Of a stretch of 64,000 bases of DNA, positions 18,412 through 27,447 are shown one piece after another. The stretch's first letter is position 1, and each line of letters starts with the position of its first letter. The stretch lies in IMG/VR virus record IMGVR_UViG_3300020577_007013; one strand, 5' to 3'. Under the pieces are notes generated by a model, which searched no databases, had not been told where the DNA came from, and saw nothing but the letters and a program-made list of their open reading frames with translations. Both the position numbers and the translations under genes were made by a program. Origin of the DNA: a virus. Taxonomy: Duplodnaviria; Caudoviricetes.

Positions 18412-19034
18412 CGACTGAATGAAATGTCGGGATCGTTAGGATCTCTTGGAAGATCAGTAGGACTGTCGTCCCAGACTTCCTCGTAGAGTTCTTTCGATTT
18501 CTCATTGAAATGATTCTTTTCAGCATACTCTCTATCGAGCTTCCAATATCGAATTAATTCTTGAACATCCGCTAAGTCTTTACCTCGATTAGCATTTTTC
18601 CAAGTAAGAAGTTTATATTCGATGAACTTATTGAGAGACAAATAAGGAATGTCTCCTATAGTCTGACTCATAAATTTAGGTTTCTCATAAGTCAGAGACC
18701 CATTTTTACTTTCATAGTTGATGTCAGAAAAAAGAAAGTCTACATTTATCTTATCGTCTGCTATCCATTTGTACTGAATTTTAGAACCTTGATATTTCGG
18801 TTTGAAAGTATGATATCCTTTATCCACCAGTTCATCCAGAAACTTTTGTTTGTCCTTAATGTCGATTAGAATATCGAGATCCTCTGTGACTCTGTAAAGT
18901 TGATGAGCCCTTCCAGCAATTCCTCCGATTATTACGAATTCTATTCCATGTTTTTTTAGAGTCTCTGCTATTATAGGAAGCTCTTTAGAAATGTCCTTCA
19001 TTGAAGATTCGAAAATTCTTGTATATCTATCCAC
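18390..19034 (-). CDS. tagged pol-beta-superfamily nucleotidyltransferase (MDRYTRIFES)
   Basis: IIGGIA..H...R.TEDLDIL; C-terminal R.KD..DV. Confidence 0.8.
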   Translation of the reverse strand: MDRYTRIFESSMKDISKELPIIAETLKKHGIEFVIIGGIAGRAHQLYRVTEDLDILIDIKDKQKFLDELVDKGYHTFKPKYQGSKIQYKWIADDKINVDFLFSDINYESKNGSLTYEKPKFMSQTIGDIPYLSLNKFIEYKLLTWKNANRGKDLADVQELIRYWKLDREYAEKNHFNEKSKELYEEVWDDSPTDLPRDPNDPDISFSRYTDEEE

Positions 19035-19067
19035 GTTTATTTATAATAGACAGATCGAGACTCGATA

Positions 19068-19080
19068 ACTAATTTGTATG
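19068..19080 (+). promoter_or_regulatory. ACTAA-N5-ATG candidate late promoter at a divergent start
   Basis: ACTAATTTGTATG; no SD. Confidence 0.6.
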
Positions 19081-19329
19081 AATCCCTACAAAAGTCTCTT
19101 TACCGAAGATCTTATTCCTGGTGGTAAAGCTGACGATGTTAAGACAATCGAAGCTCTTACTTCTAGTGGAGACTCGGTATTTACGGTAGACATTGAACAA
19201 ATCAAAAAAGGTCTTAAAGTAGAGTCTGAGCATACTTCAGATCCTGCAGTCGCACTCGAAATTGTGTTTGATCATCTTACAGAGTTCGATGACTATTATG
19301 ATAGACTCGAAAAAGCAGAGGAAGCATAA
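19078..19329 (+). CDS. tagged DUF5661-like protein (MNPYKSLFTE)
   Basis: GGKAD..G.KVE.EH..D...A.EI..DHL.E..DYY.RL. Confidence 0.75.
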   Translation: MNPYKSLFTEDLIPGGKADDVKTIEALTSSGDSVFTVDIEQIKKGLKVESEHTSDPAVALEIVFDHLTEFDDYYDRLEKAEEA

Positions 19330-20084
19330 TGTATAGGAGCTACTTCACTGAGTCATTTCCTTACATTAAAGAACCGGCTCCCACTAAGTACGGTGAGGAA
19401 TTCAATGTAGAAAGACTTCTCTCACTTGATGAGAAGCAACTTCAGCATGAAGGTCTTCTCCTTACAGAAGCCGGAGTCATCGGTTCTCTCTTAGGTGGAG
19501 CTGCTAAAGCAGTAGGTAAAGGAGCTCTAGCAGTCGGTAAAGCTGTAGGAAAAGCTGCACTTGCTGGCATCAAAGCTGCAGTCACTTCCCTAGGAAAAGA
19601 TCTTGTGACTGGAATTAAAAAGACAGCAAATAAGTACACCCCTAATCTCATGAAGTTCTCAGCCAATGCTTATGAAGAAACAATGAAAAAGCTTCATGAC
19701 AAACTCGTCGCTCCTAAAGGTCTTCAACAGAATATCGTTCCTGTAGTAAATGAACTCTACAATGATATGAAGCCGACCCTTTCAAAGATCATGAGCAATC
19801 CTGAAATGAACGATCAAGCATGGGCAAACTTCATGGGAATTCTCGCTCTTGACTACTTACAAAAAGTCGCTGCTCCTGCTCTTGCTGATTCAGGACAACA
19901 AATCAATGCTAATGAACTCTCAACAATTAGTCAAGCATTTCAGAAAGCACTCCTTACTAAGATGAAACCACTCATGGATCAAGCAGAGAAAAAAGCAAAA
20001 AATCCAGTTCAGACTCCTACTACAACTACACAACAGCAGTTTGACTTCAAACCAGCAGTCACTACAACAGGAGCACAGAAATAA
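19329..20084 (+). CDS. tagged protein with Gly/Ala/Lys amphipathic helix (possible ejection protein)
   Basis: MYRSYFTES; GSLLGGAAKAVGKGALAVGKAVGKAALAGIKAAV. Confidence 0.65.
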   Translation: MYRSYFTESFPYIKEPAPTKYGEEFNVERLLSLDEKQLQHEGLLLTEAGVIGSLLGGAAKAVGKGALAVGKAVGKAALAGIKAAVTSLGKDLVTGIKKTANKYTPNLMKFSANAYEETMKKLHDKLVAPKGLQQNIVPVVNELYNDMKPTLSKIMSNPEMNDQAWANFMGILALDYLQKVAAPALADSGQQINANELSTISQAFQKALLTKMKPLMDQAEKKAKNPVQTPTTTTQQQFDFKPAVTTTGAQK

Positions 20085-20285
20085 ATGCCAGCACCGCTCG
20101 TTAAATCATTAGCTAAAAAATACCATAAGTCGCCTAAGACTGTGGACAAAAAATTCAAGAGACTGAAGAAAGGAATTGTCGACTCAGGAAAAGGTGGATA
20201 TGGATTGGTTGTTTCTCAACTGAAAAAAGGTCTCAAGAAAGAAGAAACTCAAGTTCCTTATAAGAGATTGTTCGATGGCAAATAA
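20085..20285 (+). CDS. small basic protein with C-terminal tag (YKRLFD)
   Basis: ORF track. Confidence 0.7.
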   Translation: MPAPLVKSLAKKYHKSPKTVDKKFKRLKKGIVDSGKGGYGLVVSQLKKGLKKEETQVPYKRLFDGK

Positions 20286-20682
20286 GTATACAGACCCAGT
20301 CGCTCAACTTTTTCTTCAAGGTCGGAAGATAACCACAGACCTTACATTTGAAGAAAATTTTTCCGTTAAAGGGAAGGATGAGCACACTCTAGTAATCAAA
20401 AATACTAATGGATTCGTCCCTGTCACCTATAACAATATCGGATCTTTAGCTAGAATCATTATTACAGTAACTCCACTCACTACCGTGACTGTAGATCCTA
20501 TTGTAACACTTAAATTCACTATCAATGACGGAATGAATCCAATCTACACTATCGATTTACCATTCCGTAAAATTTTCTATTATATGCCTGATACAGTCTT
20601 CAGTGCATACATTACGAACATACAACTCAGTACCACCTCAACAACAGATGTTGAAATCGACTTCAGAGCCTACGGAGAATAG
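20275..20682 (+). CDS. Thr-rich, beta-rich protein, possibly structural
   Basis: Amino-acid composition only. Confidence 0.55.
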   Translation: MANKYTDPVAQLFLQGRKITTDLTFEENFSVKGKDEHTLVIKNTNGFVPVTYNNIGSLARIIITVTPLTTVTVDPIVTLKFTINDGMNPIYTIDLPFRKIFYYMPDTVFSAYITNIQLSTTSTTDVEIDFRAYGE

Positions 20683-20792
20683 AACACAACCAGACGAGTC
20701 TGGTGTGAATGCCCTCATTGAGAGAGCTTTACAGAAGCGAAATTTCAAAACAGACTCTGAAATTGATGATGAATGGGAAATTCTGAAGAGAG

Positions 20793-21047
20793 CTAACAAT
20801 CTTTCAGAAGATTCTTGACTTTGTTCATATACTTTTCACCAGGAATCATTGGCATGACTTCTTCTAGCTCTTCACCTGAAATCCAAAAACTTCCATAGTC
20901 AGGTAGACCGACGACCACATGTCGTCCATCTACTCTTTTGACTTCCAAGTAATCAAGTCTTCTTATAATCTCTCTTGGTTTTTTTAGAGTCTCTGATAGT
21001 CCACTCAAATAAACTTCCTTATTTTTCAGTCTAACGTACAAGATCAA
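20793..21047 (-). CDS. family-B protein (C-term EKYMNKVKNLL)
   Basis: Shared C-terminal motif. Confidence 0.75.
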   Translation of the reverse strand: MILYVRLKNKEVYLSGLSETLKKPREIIRRLDYLEVKRVDGRHVVVGLPDYGSFWISGEELEEVMPMIPGEKYMNKVKNLLKDC

Positions 21048-21312
21048 CCACCTTTTGTTTGTATTCTGACTCTAATTTGGTCTCTTCTTTGAAAAGATCA
21101 AGGTCCTTAGGAGACAATCTCGGTTTTAATCCTTCATATTCTAGAGTAATAATAATTTGTTGAATCGCTTCATCGAACTCTGAAGTACAATAGAAGTCTT
21201 TTCCTCTGTCGATTGCTGCTTGAAATCTTTTTACAGAGGTAGTATTTCCGTATATAGATTGAAGATATCGTTTAACCGGGACTTCGGAGTTAGGTTTTAT
21301 TTTAGCTCTCAT
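21031..21312 (-). CDS. family-B protein (C-term SEYKQKVVDLV)
   Basis: Shared C-terminal motif. Confidence 0.75.
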   Translation of the reverse strand: MRAKIKPNSEVPVKRYLQSIYGNTTSVKRFQAAIDRGKDFYCTSEFDEAIQQIIITLEYEGLKPRLSPKDLDLFKEETKLESEYKQKVVDLVR

Positions 21313-21578
21313 AATTTAAGAACCTTGTTGACGTACTTTTCTTTGAGCTTCTCATTTACTTTTTCATTAATGACAAAATGTTTAGGCAAATTGAAGACAG
21401 CTTCTCCTATGCTTAAGATGTAGTCTCCGTCAGTCCCTTCACTCATTGCGAACCAATCATTGTCTTCTTCACTGAGTCTGTTTCCGACGTACTCTTGAAT
21501 AAGCTCACTGCTAATATGTCTAGTCTTGTCAAGAAGGTAGTCTATTCCTGCACTAGAGATTTGCTTCTTTACGAGCAT
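21309..21578 (-). CDS. family-B protein (C-term EKYVNKVLKL)
   Basis: Shared C-terminal motif. Confidence 0.75.
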   Translation of the reverse strand: MLVKKQISSAGIDYLLDKTRHISSELIQEYVGNRLSEEDNDWFAMSEGTDGDYILSIGEAVFNLPKHFVINEKVNEKLKEKYVNKVLKL

Positions 21579-21820
21579 AGATCTAAGACCTTTTCCTTGT
21601 AACTTTTCTCGGAGTCTTTATTCACTTCAGTGAGAAGATTGACGTCTAGATAAACTGAGACTGCATCGGCTTGAATATAGCTTCTTCCCATAAAGCCTGC
21701 TTCTGACATTAGAAATTCTTCATTGTCTTGAATGTATTTGAGAGTCTTGATGTTGAACTTACTGAAGTTGTCTTCTATGAACTTTTGCTTACAACCGATT
21801 TTGAATCTGACTGTCTTCAT
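21569..21820 (-). CDS. family-B protein (C-term KSYKEKVLDL)
   Basis: Shared C-terminal motif. Confidence 0.75.
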   Translation of the reverse strand: MKTVRFKIGCKQKFIEDNFSKFNIKTLKYIQDNEEFLMSEAGFMGRSYIQADAVSVYLDVNLLTEVNKDSEKSYKEKVLDLCS

Positions 21821-22083
21821 AGAATTTGTAAGAGCTTTTCCTTATACTCTGTCTCGATTTCAGACTCGACTATATGCACTTGATCTAGGAAAAGACTCAT
21901 GACTCCTGGATTTAGACTGTTCAAAGGATCACTAGGAAAGAGTATGGTGATCAGCTTTCTATTATTAATAGATCTTCCTCTATCTTCAGCTTTGAAATAA
22001 GGGGTTGTTCTGAGTACTCTACTCATACCAGGATAAGCGTCAATGCAATTTTGGAGCATATTTCTTTTAATCATTACCGTCAT
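21817..22083 (-). CDS. family-B protein (C-term TEYKEKLLQIL)
   Basis: Shared motif; start revised to MTVMIK. Confidence 0.7.
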   Translation of the reverse strand: MTVMIKRNMLQNCIDAYPGMSRVLRTTPYFKAEDRGRSINNRKLITILFPSDPLNSLNPGVMSLFLDQVHIVESEIETEYKEKLLQIL

Positions 22084-22384
22084 TCGAAAGATCCTGAACT
22101 TTCTTCTTGTATTCTTCAAACTTTTCTGAATGGACTACCTCATAGGTTCCTTCAGAGAAGTCTATAGACTCTCCCATAAATTCTACCAAAGGTTCTGGAA
22201 TTTTTACAGTGGCTCCACCTTCAATTTTTTCAGCTTCCATATAAGGATTATCGATTAAGAAGTCTCTTAAGACTTTCAAAAGCTTTGTCTCCTGTTTGGT
22301 GAACGGTGAGTCTTTCTTTTTAATCTCATCTTCTAAGAATTCCTTGAATTGGCTTTTGATTCTGTGATCGAGGTTAATTCGCAT
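22067..22384 (-). CDS. family-B protein (C-term EEYKKKVQDL)
   Basis: Shared C-terminal motif. Confidence 0.75.
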   Translation of the reverse strand: MRINLDHRIKSQFKEFLEDEIKKKDSPFTKQETKLLKVLRDFLIDNPYMEAEKIEGGATVKIPEPLVEFMGESIDFSEGTYEVVHSEKFEEYKKKVQDLSNDGND

Positions 22385-22671
22385 ATCAACTTAGTCTTGT
22401 ATTTATCCATAATAGATGATTTATAGAGTACAAAATAATTAGGATCTATTGGAACAAATCCAGGAACAGAAAGCTCTTCAGGAAGAACCATTTCTACTCC
22501 GGTAGAAGACTTGGAGTTGGTCTCGACTTCGAAGACAGTTACAGAGTCTATGTATTTTAATATGTCTAGTTTTTTCTGATCATCGATGATATTAGACTTT
22601 ACTTTTTTGAAAACTTCTACCAAATGGTCTCTGAACTCTGTTCTTCCATTTCTCAAGAAGACCGCTCTCAT
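22333..22671 (-). CDS. family-B protein (DKYKTKLICEL)
   Basis: MRAVF N-terminus plus C-terminal motif. Confidence 0.75.
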   Translation of the reverse strand: MRAVFLRNGRTEFRDHLVEVFKKVKSNIIDDQKKLDILKYIDSVTVFEVETNSKSSTGVEMVLPEELSVPGFVPIDPNYFVLYKSSIMDKYKTKLICELTSITESKANSRNS

Positions 22672-22979
22672 AAAAGCTCTCTGACTTTTTTCAAATAGTC
22701 TTCCTCAACCCTAGACTTGATTATTTCTATCCACTCTTCTCGTAGAGGAAATTTTCCGGTATGCTTCTTGTTCAGTTTGTTAAGTGACTCTTTAGGAATA
22801 ATCATTGAGTAGGATCCAACACCCAGTCCCTCGACTACTTCAAATCTCTGTGCATCGACGATCAAATTTATGAAGACCAATTTTTCTTCTTTAGAAAAAG
22901 AGAATTGAAGGTTTTCCAAAGAACTTGTAAGCCATTCCAAACATAGAGTCTTGGCTCCTTCTTTGAAGACTGCTTTCAT
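22668..22979 (-). CDS. family-B protein (EDYLKKVRELL)
   Basis: MKAVFKEGAK N-terminus plus motif. Confidence 0.75.
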   Translation of the reverse strand: MKAVFKEGAKTLCLEWLTSSLENLQFSFSKEEKLVFINLIVDAQRFEVVEGLGVGSYSMIIPKESLNKLNKKHTGKFPLREEWIEIIKSRVEEDYLKKVRELL

Positions 22980-23257
22980 AATTGGAGAATTTTTTCTTTG
23001 TATTCTTCTTCTATCTTAGAAATCCAAGGAATAGTGGAGTCTGCTTCCACTTTCACTCTTTGTTGACCTATGTTAAGAGTCTCGACTATTACAAAAGATC
23101 CTTCGGAAGTCTTCTCGAAGAGTCTTTCTTTCTTCAGTCCTTCAATTATAGATGTGAAATCAGATGGCTTGACCCCTAATCCTAAAGCTGTGGTGGACAT
23201 TCCCTCTAATTTGGAGATGAGTCTTTCCTTGGCTCCTGGTTTGAAGACCACTTTCAT
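22976..23257 (-). CDS. family-B protein (EEYKEKILQL)
   Basis: MKVVFKPGAK N-terminus plus motif. Confidence 0.75.
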   Translation of the reverse strand: MKVVFKPGAKERLISKLEGMSTTALGLGVKPSDFTSIIEGLKKERLFEKTSEGSFVIVETLNIGQQRVKVEADSTIPWISKIEEEYKEKILQL

Positions 23258-23559
23258 AGTAAGTCCTTCAAACGTTCACTGTAAATGAGTTTGGATTCCT
23301 TTTCCTTGACTACCTTCATAAAAGTCGGATCGACAGGAAACCATTCTGCTTCAAGTTCTTCTCTGAATTGTTTAGGAACGAACAAATCGAAGCCGTCTTC
23401 TGATATGACCCCTTTGAAGTAAGGGGACTTGCCCAAAAATTCTCTCAAAGCTTTAAGCTTCTTACTGTTATTCTTTCTCTCCTTCATTTCAGAGAGAATC
23501 TGTTCTATGTATCTCTCTTTAGAGAGACCATCAAATTGAAGTAGTCTTACGTCATTCAT
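23254..23559 (-). CDS. family-B protein (LIYSERLKDLL)
   Basis: Similar to 22067..22384. Confidence 0.75.
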   Translation of the reverse strand: MNDVRLLQFDGLSKERYIEQILSEMKERKNNSKKLKALREFLGKSPYFKGVISEDGFDLFVPKQFREELEAEWFPVDPTFMKVVKEKESKLIYSERLKDLL

Positions 23560-23932
23560 AGTCTGTATTCAAAGCCATGTCGATCCAAAATTTAAGAGCT
23601 TCTCTGATGGTAGGCTTCCAACCCTTTTTGTCTTCGATTATGAAGGACATATTTTCTATGATTCCTTCATTTCCTTTTTCATCTACAGGGATTGATTGGA
23701 AACCTGTGTCTTGAATAATCCAAAGTCCATTGTCATCATAGAGAATGGAAGGACTGAAGCCTAGCTTTGTAAAGGACTCTATAATGAAGTCAACTGTAAG
23801 TGTATCGAAGCGATCTGTTAGATACCCTATGATCTCCACTGTCAGCTTGTCTGCTTCAGGATCGTCGTAGTTCAAGTCGAGAAGTTTAGATCTCTTTTCG
23901 ATGAGTTCTGCAATGTGGTTCTGATCGATCAT
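23552..23932 (-). CDS. hypothetical phage protein
   Basis: ORF track. Confidence 0.75.
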   Translation of the reverse strand: MIDQNHIAELIEKRSKLLDLNYDDPEADKLTVEIIGYLTDRFDTLTVDFIIESFTKLGFSPSILYDDNGLWIIQDTGFQSIPVDEKGNEGIIENMSFIIEDKKGWKPTIREALKFWIDMALNTDYE

Positions 23933-24123
23933 TTAAAGAGCTCCTTTACATTCTCCCCATTGTTCCAGATATAAGCGACTTTATTCGTCTCTGTATTCTC
24001 TAGAATAATGGTAGCTTCTCCATTCCGAATCTCTCTTACTCTCATCCAGACTCCTCGATTAGACTCATGCTTAGGGTCTCTTAATCTGATTGATCGTCCT
24101 ATATGAGTTTTGTCAAGAATCAC
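23929..24123 (-). CDS. small SH3/KOW-like protein, paralog of the N-domain of 24120..24788
   Basis: IG...LRD....N.GVW.RV shared. Confidence 0.7.
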   Translation of the reverse strand: MILDKTHIGRSIRLRDPKHESNRGVWMRVREIRNGEATIILENTETNKVAYIWNNGENVKELFK

Positions 24124-24788
24124 TTAGAGTATTTTTTAAGAGCTTCTTCCAGAACAGTTTTTCGTTCGGTCGATTTCTTGATAGATAAATTGACTTCTTC
24201 GAGCTCGTTCAGAATCTCTTTATAGATCTGAGATGCTCGTTCTTGTTGTCTCGTTGCAAGCTCTTTGTCAGCGAGCTCCTTAGCTTTAATAAGATTTTCG
24301 CTTTCAATGTCCCCTAATTCCTTAAGTTGATTTTCGCTTATCATTTTTGTCTCCTTTAGTTCTTCAATTATAGTATGACTTGATAGAGTTGGGTCGAACT
24401 CTGAGATGTCTTCAATTTCTCGTTCATCCCAAAAATATCCATCAGAACAAGGTCTTCTGGTCGAAGGTCCTAAGCTATCGACTCTTAGCCATTTTCCTAC
24501 ATTTTTTTGTAGAAGAGTAGAGTCGAAACGGAGACTTGACTTTATTTTAATCCACATTCCGACTTCTATGTCTGAAAATTCTAGTTTTTTCTTAGTGGTC
24601 ACTTCGCATAGATCTGTAACTCTATTTTGGTAGTCTGCAATTGCCCATGAGTTCCTAGTATTGGGATTCTCTATGATTATATGGTCACTACCAACGGATA
24701 ATATTCTAAGCCAGACACCTTCATTCTCTACTTGAAGAGAATCTCTTATCTTAACGAAGTGTCCAATATTTTTGCTTGTTAATTTCAT
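24120..24788 (-). CDS. tandem SH3/KOW-like domains plus coiled coil
   Basis: N.G.WLR(I/V) occurs twice; C-terminal heptads. Confidence 0.7.
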   Translation of the reverse strand: MKLTSKNIGHFVKIRDSLQVENEGVWLRILSVGSDHIIIENPNTRNSWAIADYQNRVTDLCEVTTKKKLEFSDIEVGMWIKIKSSLRFDSTLLQKNVGKWLRVDSLGPSTRRPCSDGYFWDEREIEDISEFDPTLSSHTIIEELKETKMISENQLKELGDIESENLIKAKELADKELATRQQERASQIYKEILNELEEVNLSIKKSTERKTVLEEALKKYSK

Positions 24789-25202
24789 TTATTCTTCCTC
24801 AAAATCTGGATCATAGTCCTCATTTGAACTACTTGTTTCAATGTTCAACTGATCGAAGAAGAAGTCTCCTTCATCATATCGTATTTCAATACCATTTTTG
24901 ATCTCTATGGTGAGTCCTAATCTTTCCTCAACCGATTCTCCTGGAAGAAGCTCAGTGATACCTATGAGACCGGCGTCAACAGGAAAAGAATGTGAGTATT
25001 CCTTTCCTTCAATGTAACCGTCTCCATTGTAGACCCCATCTCCGTAAGCAGTTCCAGCAGCCCAGACTGTTCGTCCTTTGAAATTATGAACCTTTGATTC
25101 ATCTTCGAACATATCTACATGATCGAGAAGATCTGACCAATCCTCGTCAGGAATTGCATAACAAGGATCTCCAATAAAGTATTTTCCTGGTTTAATTTTC
25201 AT
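24789..25202 (-). CDS. conserved phage protein (GDPCY / TAYGDG / VDAGLIG; DUF4241-like)
   Basis: Motifs recognised by eye. Confidence 0.65.
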   Translation of the reverse strand: MKIKPGKYFIGDPCYAIPDEDWSDLLDHVDMFEDESKVHNFKGRTVWAAGTAYGDGVYNGDGYIEGKEYSHSFPVDAGLIGITELLPGESVEERLGLTIEIKNGIEIRYDEGDFFFDQLNIETSSSNEDYDPDFEEE

Positions 25203-25567
25203 CTTGATTCTCCTTCCATAATTTTGTGAAGTACGTGAGTCTTAGATAACTCGAATATATCAGGTCTTTTGTTTCTGAAGTGATTCACTTTTCTGATCTC
25301 TTTAATCATGAATTTGTGAATAGGATTTCTCAATTCGTTTATGTCAAGTTGATCTCTTCCGTAATTGAAAATTGTTCTGATAATAGCATGATTAGGTTGC
25401 TTGATTGACCAACCTTTTATGTTGTCAATTATCATTTTCCTTAAGAACCAAGCTCCGAAAAATGAATCGAGAAGTGTGAACTTATTCGTTAGATTTTTTA
25501 CATTATAGGAAGGAAATGAAAGTCCTCTGTATTTTGTGAGAAAGACGAAGCATCTTAGGAATAACAT
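25199..25567 (-). CDS. hypothetical protein (start uncertain)
   Basis: Trimmed from 25762 to avoid the divergent + gene; AAGGA upstream. Confidence 0.5.
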   Translation of the reverse strand: MLFLRCFVFLTKYRGLSFPSYNVKNLTNKFTLLDSFFGAWFLRKMIIDNIKGWSIKQPNHAIIRTIFNYGRDQLDINELRNPIHKFMIKEIRKVNHFRNKRPDIFELSKTHVLHKIMEGESR

Positions 25568-25699
25568 TTCAAAGATTTCCTTTGAATAACTATAATAGAC
25601 TTCGAGAATCTCAGCTCCTAAATTTTTCCACTTATCGATCGTTTCTCTTAAATCTGTATTATACCATAATTCATGGCAGACAGAAAGTTCCTTAAACAC

Positions 25700-25713
25700 A
25701 CTAACCTTGTATG
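25700..25713 (+). promoter_or_regulatory. ACTAA-N6-ATG candidate late promoter at a divergent start
   Basis: ACTAACCTTGTATG. Confidence 0.6.
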
Positions 25714-25941
25714 GAACGATATGAAAGCTTTTATGAAAAGAAAGGAAAGAAGAAGAAATCAACGTCGAAGAGCAAGGAGAAACCCTTGAAAGTCGGAGAT
25801 CGAGTGGTACAGAAAACTTCAGGAATCGAAGGTACTGTTCTAGTAAAACCGACCAAAGACAAGAAATATATTCCCATTAAATGGGACGGAAGCTCTCAAA
25901 CTACACAACATGTAGACTCTATCAAAAAGGTGGAAAAATGA
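25711..25941 (+). CDS. tagged basic KOW/SH3-like protein (MERYESFYE)
   Basis: LKVGDRV....G..GTV motif. Confidence 0.7.
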   Translation: MERYESFYEKKGKKKKSTSKSKEKPLKVGDRVVQKTSGIEGTVLVKPTKDKKYIPIKWDGSSQTTQHVDSIKKVEK

Positions 25942-26399
25942 ATCCCTTAATCAAATCAATCTCTAAGACTTACAATTTAATCGAAGAAGATGTAGCAGCT
26001 GAATGGGAAGAAATTAGAGAGGAGCTTGGAGTGACCGATGAAAAGATCGGTGCTTCTGTTATCCTTAAAGAATTCAAAGCTAGATACTCCGATGCTACTT
26101 ATAAGTCTCAATTCAATGAAGCAAAAGACATCGTAAAATTTACTTCAGAACAAAAGAAAAAGCTTCTCAAATATTGCTCAGTAAAAGTCGGTGCAATCTT
26201 TCATCAGGCTCTTCTTACTACAGGAACAAGTCCAGAAGGTGAAGCAGAGCTCTTAAATCAAGTCATTGAAAAATTTATCAAAGAAGAGCCTATGAACTTC
26301 AAAGAAGAGCCTAAAGAAGAACCTAAAAAAGAGAAACAAGAAGAGAGCTTCTTTGAAGGAGAAAGCTTCTCAGGAATTTACAAGAAATTGTTTAAGTAA
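25938..26399 (+). CDS. protein with internal (YKSQFNE) and C-terminal (YKKLFK) tags
   Basis: Start revised to MNPLIK. Confidence 0.7.
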   Translation: MNPLIKSISKTYNLIEEDVAAEWEEIREELGVTDEKIGASVILKEFKARYSDATYKSQFNEAKDIVKFTSEQKKKLLKYCSVKVGAIFHQALLTTGTSPEGEAELLNQVIEKFIKEEPMNFKEEPKEEPKKEKQEESFFEGESFSGIYKKLFK

Positions 26400-26420
26400 A
26401 GCTTCAGTAGAACCTAGACA

Positions 26421-26582
26421 ATGGAGTACGACCTCGAACAACTCTGGGATGAATGTAAAGAAGAAGCATCTGAAGAAGGGAGAGAAGAGGACTTCAAATA
26501 TCTTCGAGACAAAGTCGCTGAGAAGTTAGGTGAAGAGCCTTTGACAGAGTCTGTCACTAAATACAAACCGTTGTTTACATGA
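26421..26582 (+). CDS. 53-aa acidic protein ending TKYKPLFT; not in ORF track
   Basis: Manual translation. Confidence 0.7.
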   Translation: MEYDLEQLWDECKEEASEEGREEDFKYLRDKVAEKLGEEPLTESVTKYKPLFT

Positions 26583-26592
26583 GGAACTCAAC

Positions 26593-27153
26593 TTGAAATT
26601 CATAAAAGAAAAAGGAAGACTCCCTATCTACTCACTCTACATCAAGAATATTGTTCGTAAAGGATTTATAGACCTTAGTGCTGTATTCAACGATCTTTTC
26701 TCACATGAAAAGCGAGACCCAATTTTCAGAGCAGCTGGCTTTATAGGTGCTGTAGCTTGTGAAGTAGGTGAAAGAGACTTTATGAATAATGTCGCTCAAT
26801 ATGCTAAGTCATATTCTGAAGGTAACTTTCAACGATATGTCCCTCTATTCGAAGGAATTGATCCTGTTGAAAAGAGTGCTCCTATTAACAAAGATAAGTT
26901 AGGAAGAGGCAAGGATAAAAAGAAAGTCCTTCCTCTTGATTCAGAAAAGAGTAATGTACCGTTTGATCTTCTTCTTCAAGCTCAAGAGTTGAAAGCTAAA
27001 GGAAAAACATTCGAAGAAGTTCGTAATCATTTCAAGTTAACTCATGATCAAATGAGACAGATATTTTCAGACTATTCAGTGCCGCATGATTTAGAAGCTT
27101 CGTTTAAGAGATCTGACCGACACAGAGATAGAGTTCTTTCACAAAAGCCCTAA
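26593..27153 (+). CDS. hypothetical protein with internal tag (RYVPLFE)
   Basis: ORF; GAGG before TTG. Confidence 0.7.
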   Translation: MKFIKEKGRLPIYSLYIKNIVRKGFIDLSAVFNDLFSHEKRDPIFRAAGFIGAVACEVGERDFMNNVAQYAKSYSEGNFQRYVPLFEGIDPVEKSAPINKDKLGRGKDKKKVLPLDSEKSNVPFDLLLQAQELKAKGKTFEEVRNHFKLTHDQMRQIFSDYSVPHDLEASFKRSDRHRDRVLSQKP

Positions 27154-27447
27154 GATCTTCTCTACATAAGAGTCCATGTCCCAATTGACAGGACCTAAAA
27201 TATGAACACTATTTTTAGGAACGATCTTTCCGAATCTATGCATAGGGTGAACGCATACCACGTAATAGTCCCTTTGATTTTTGAAGTTCTTCAATGAGAG
27301 TTGATCATTACAATAAAGTATCTGATCATCTTCCACTGTCAATTTAGGAAGATTTTTTCTGACCACAGATCTGAAAAAGCTCATCTGCATTCTGTCGACT
27401 ATTCGACATTTAAACCAAGTCACTTTTAAGTTTCTTTTTGTACTCAT
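27139..27447 (-). CDS. family-B protein (DSYVEKILGLL)
   Basis: C-terminal motif; start uncertain. Confidence 0.7.
   Translation of the reverse strand: MSTKRNLKVTWFKCRIVDRMQMSFFRSVVRKNLPKLTVEDDQILYCNDQLSLKNFKNQRDYYVVCVHPMHRFGKIVPKNSVHILGPVNWDMDSYVEKILGLL

Noticed and set aside
19037-19044. T4 late promoter TATAAATA on the - strand
   Set aside because: Only one upstream instance noticed in AT-rich DNA; fits better as a variant of the TCTA-N-TATAAT motif
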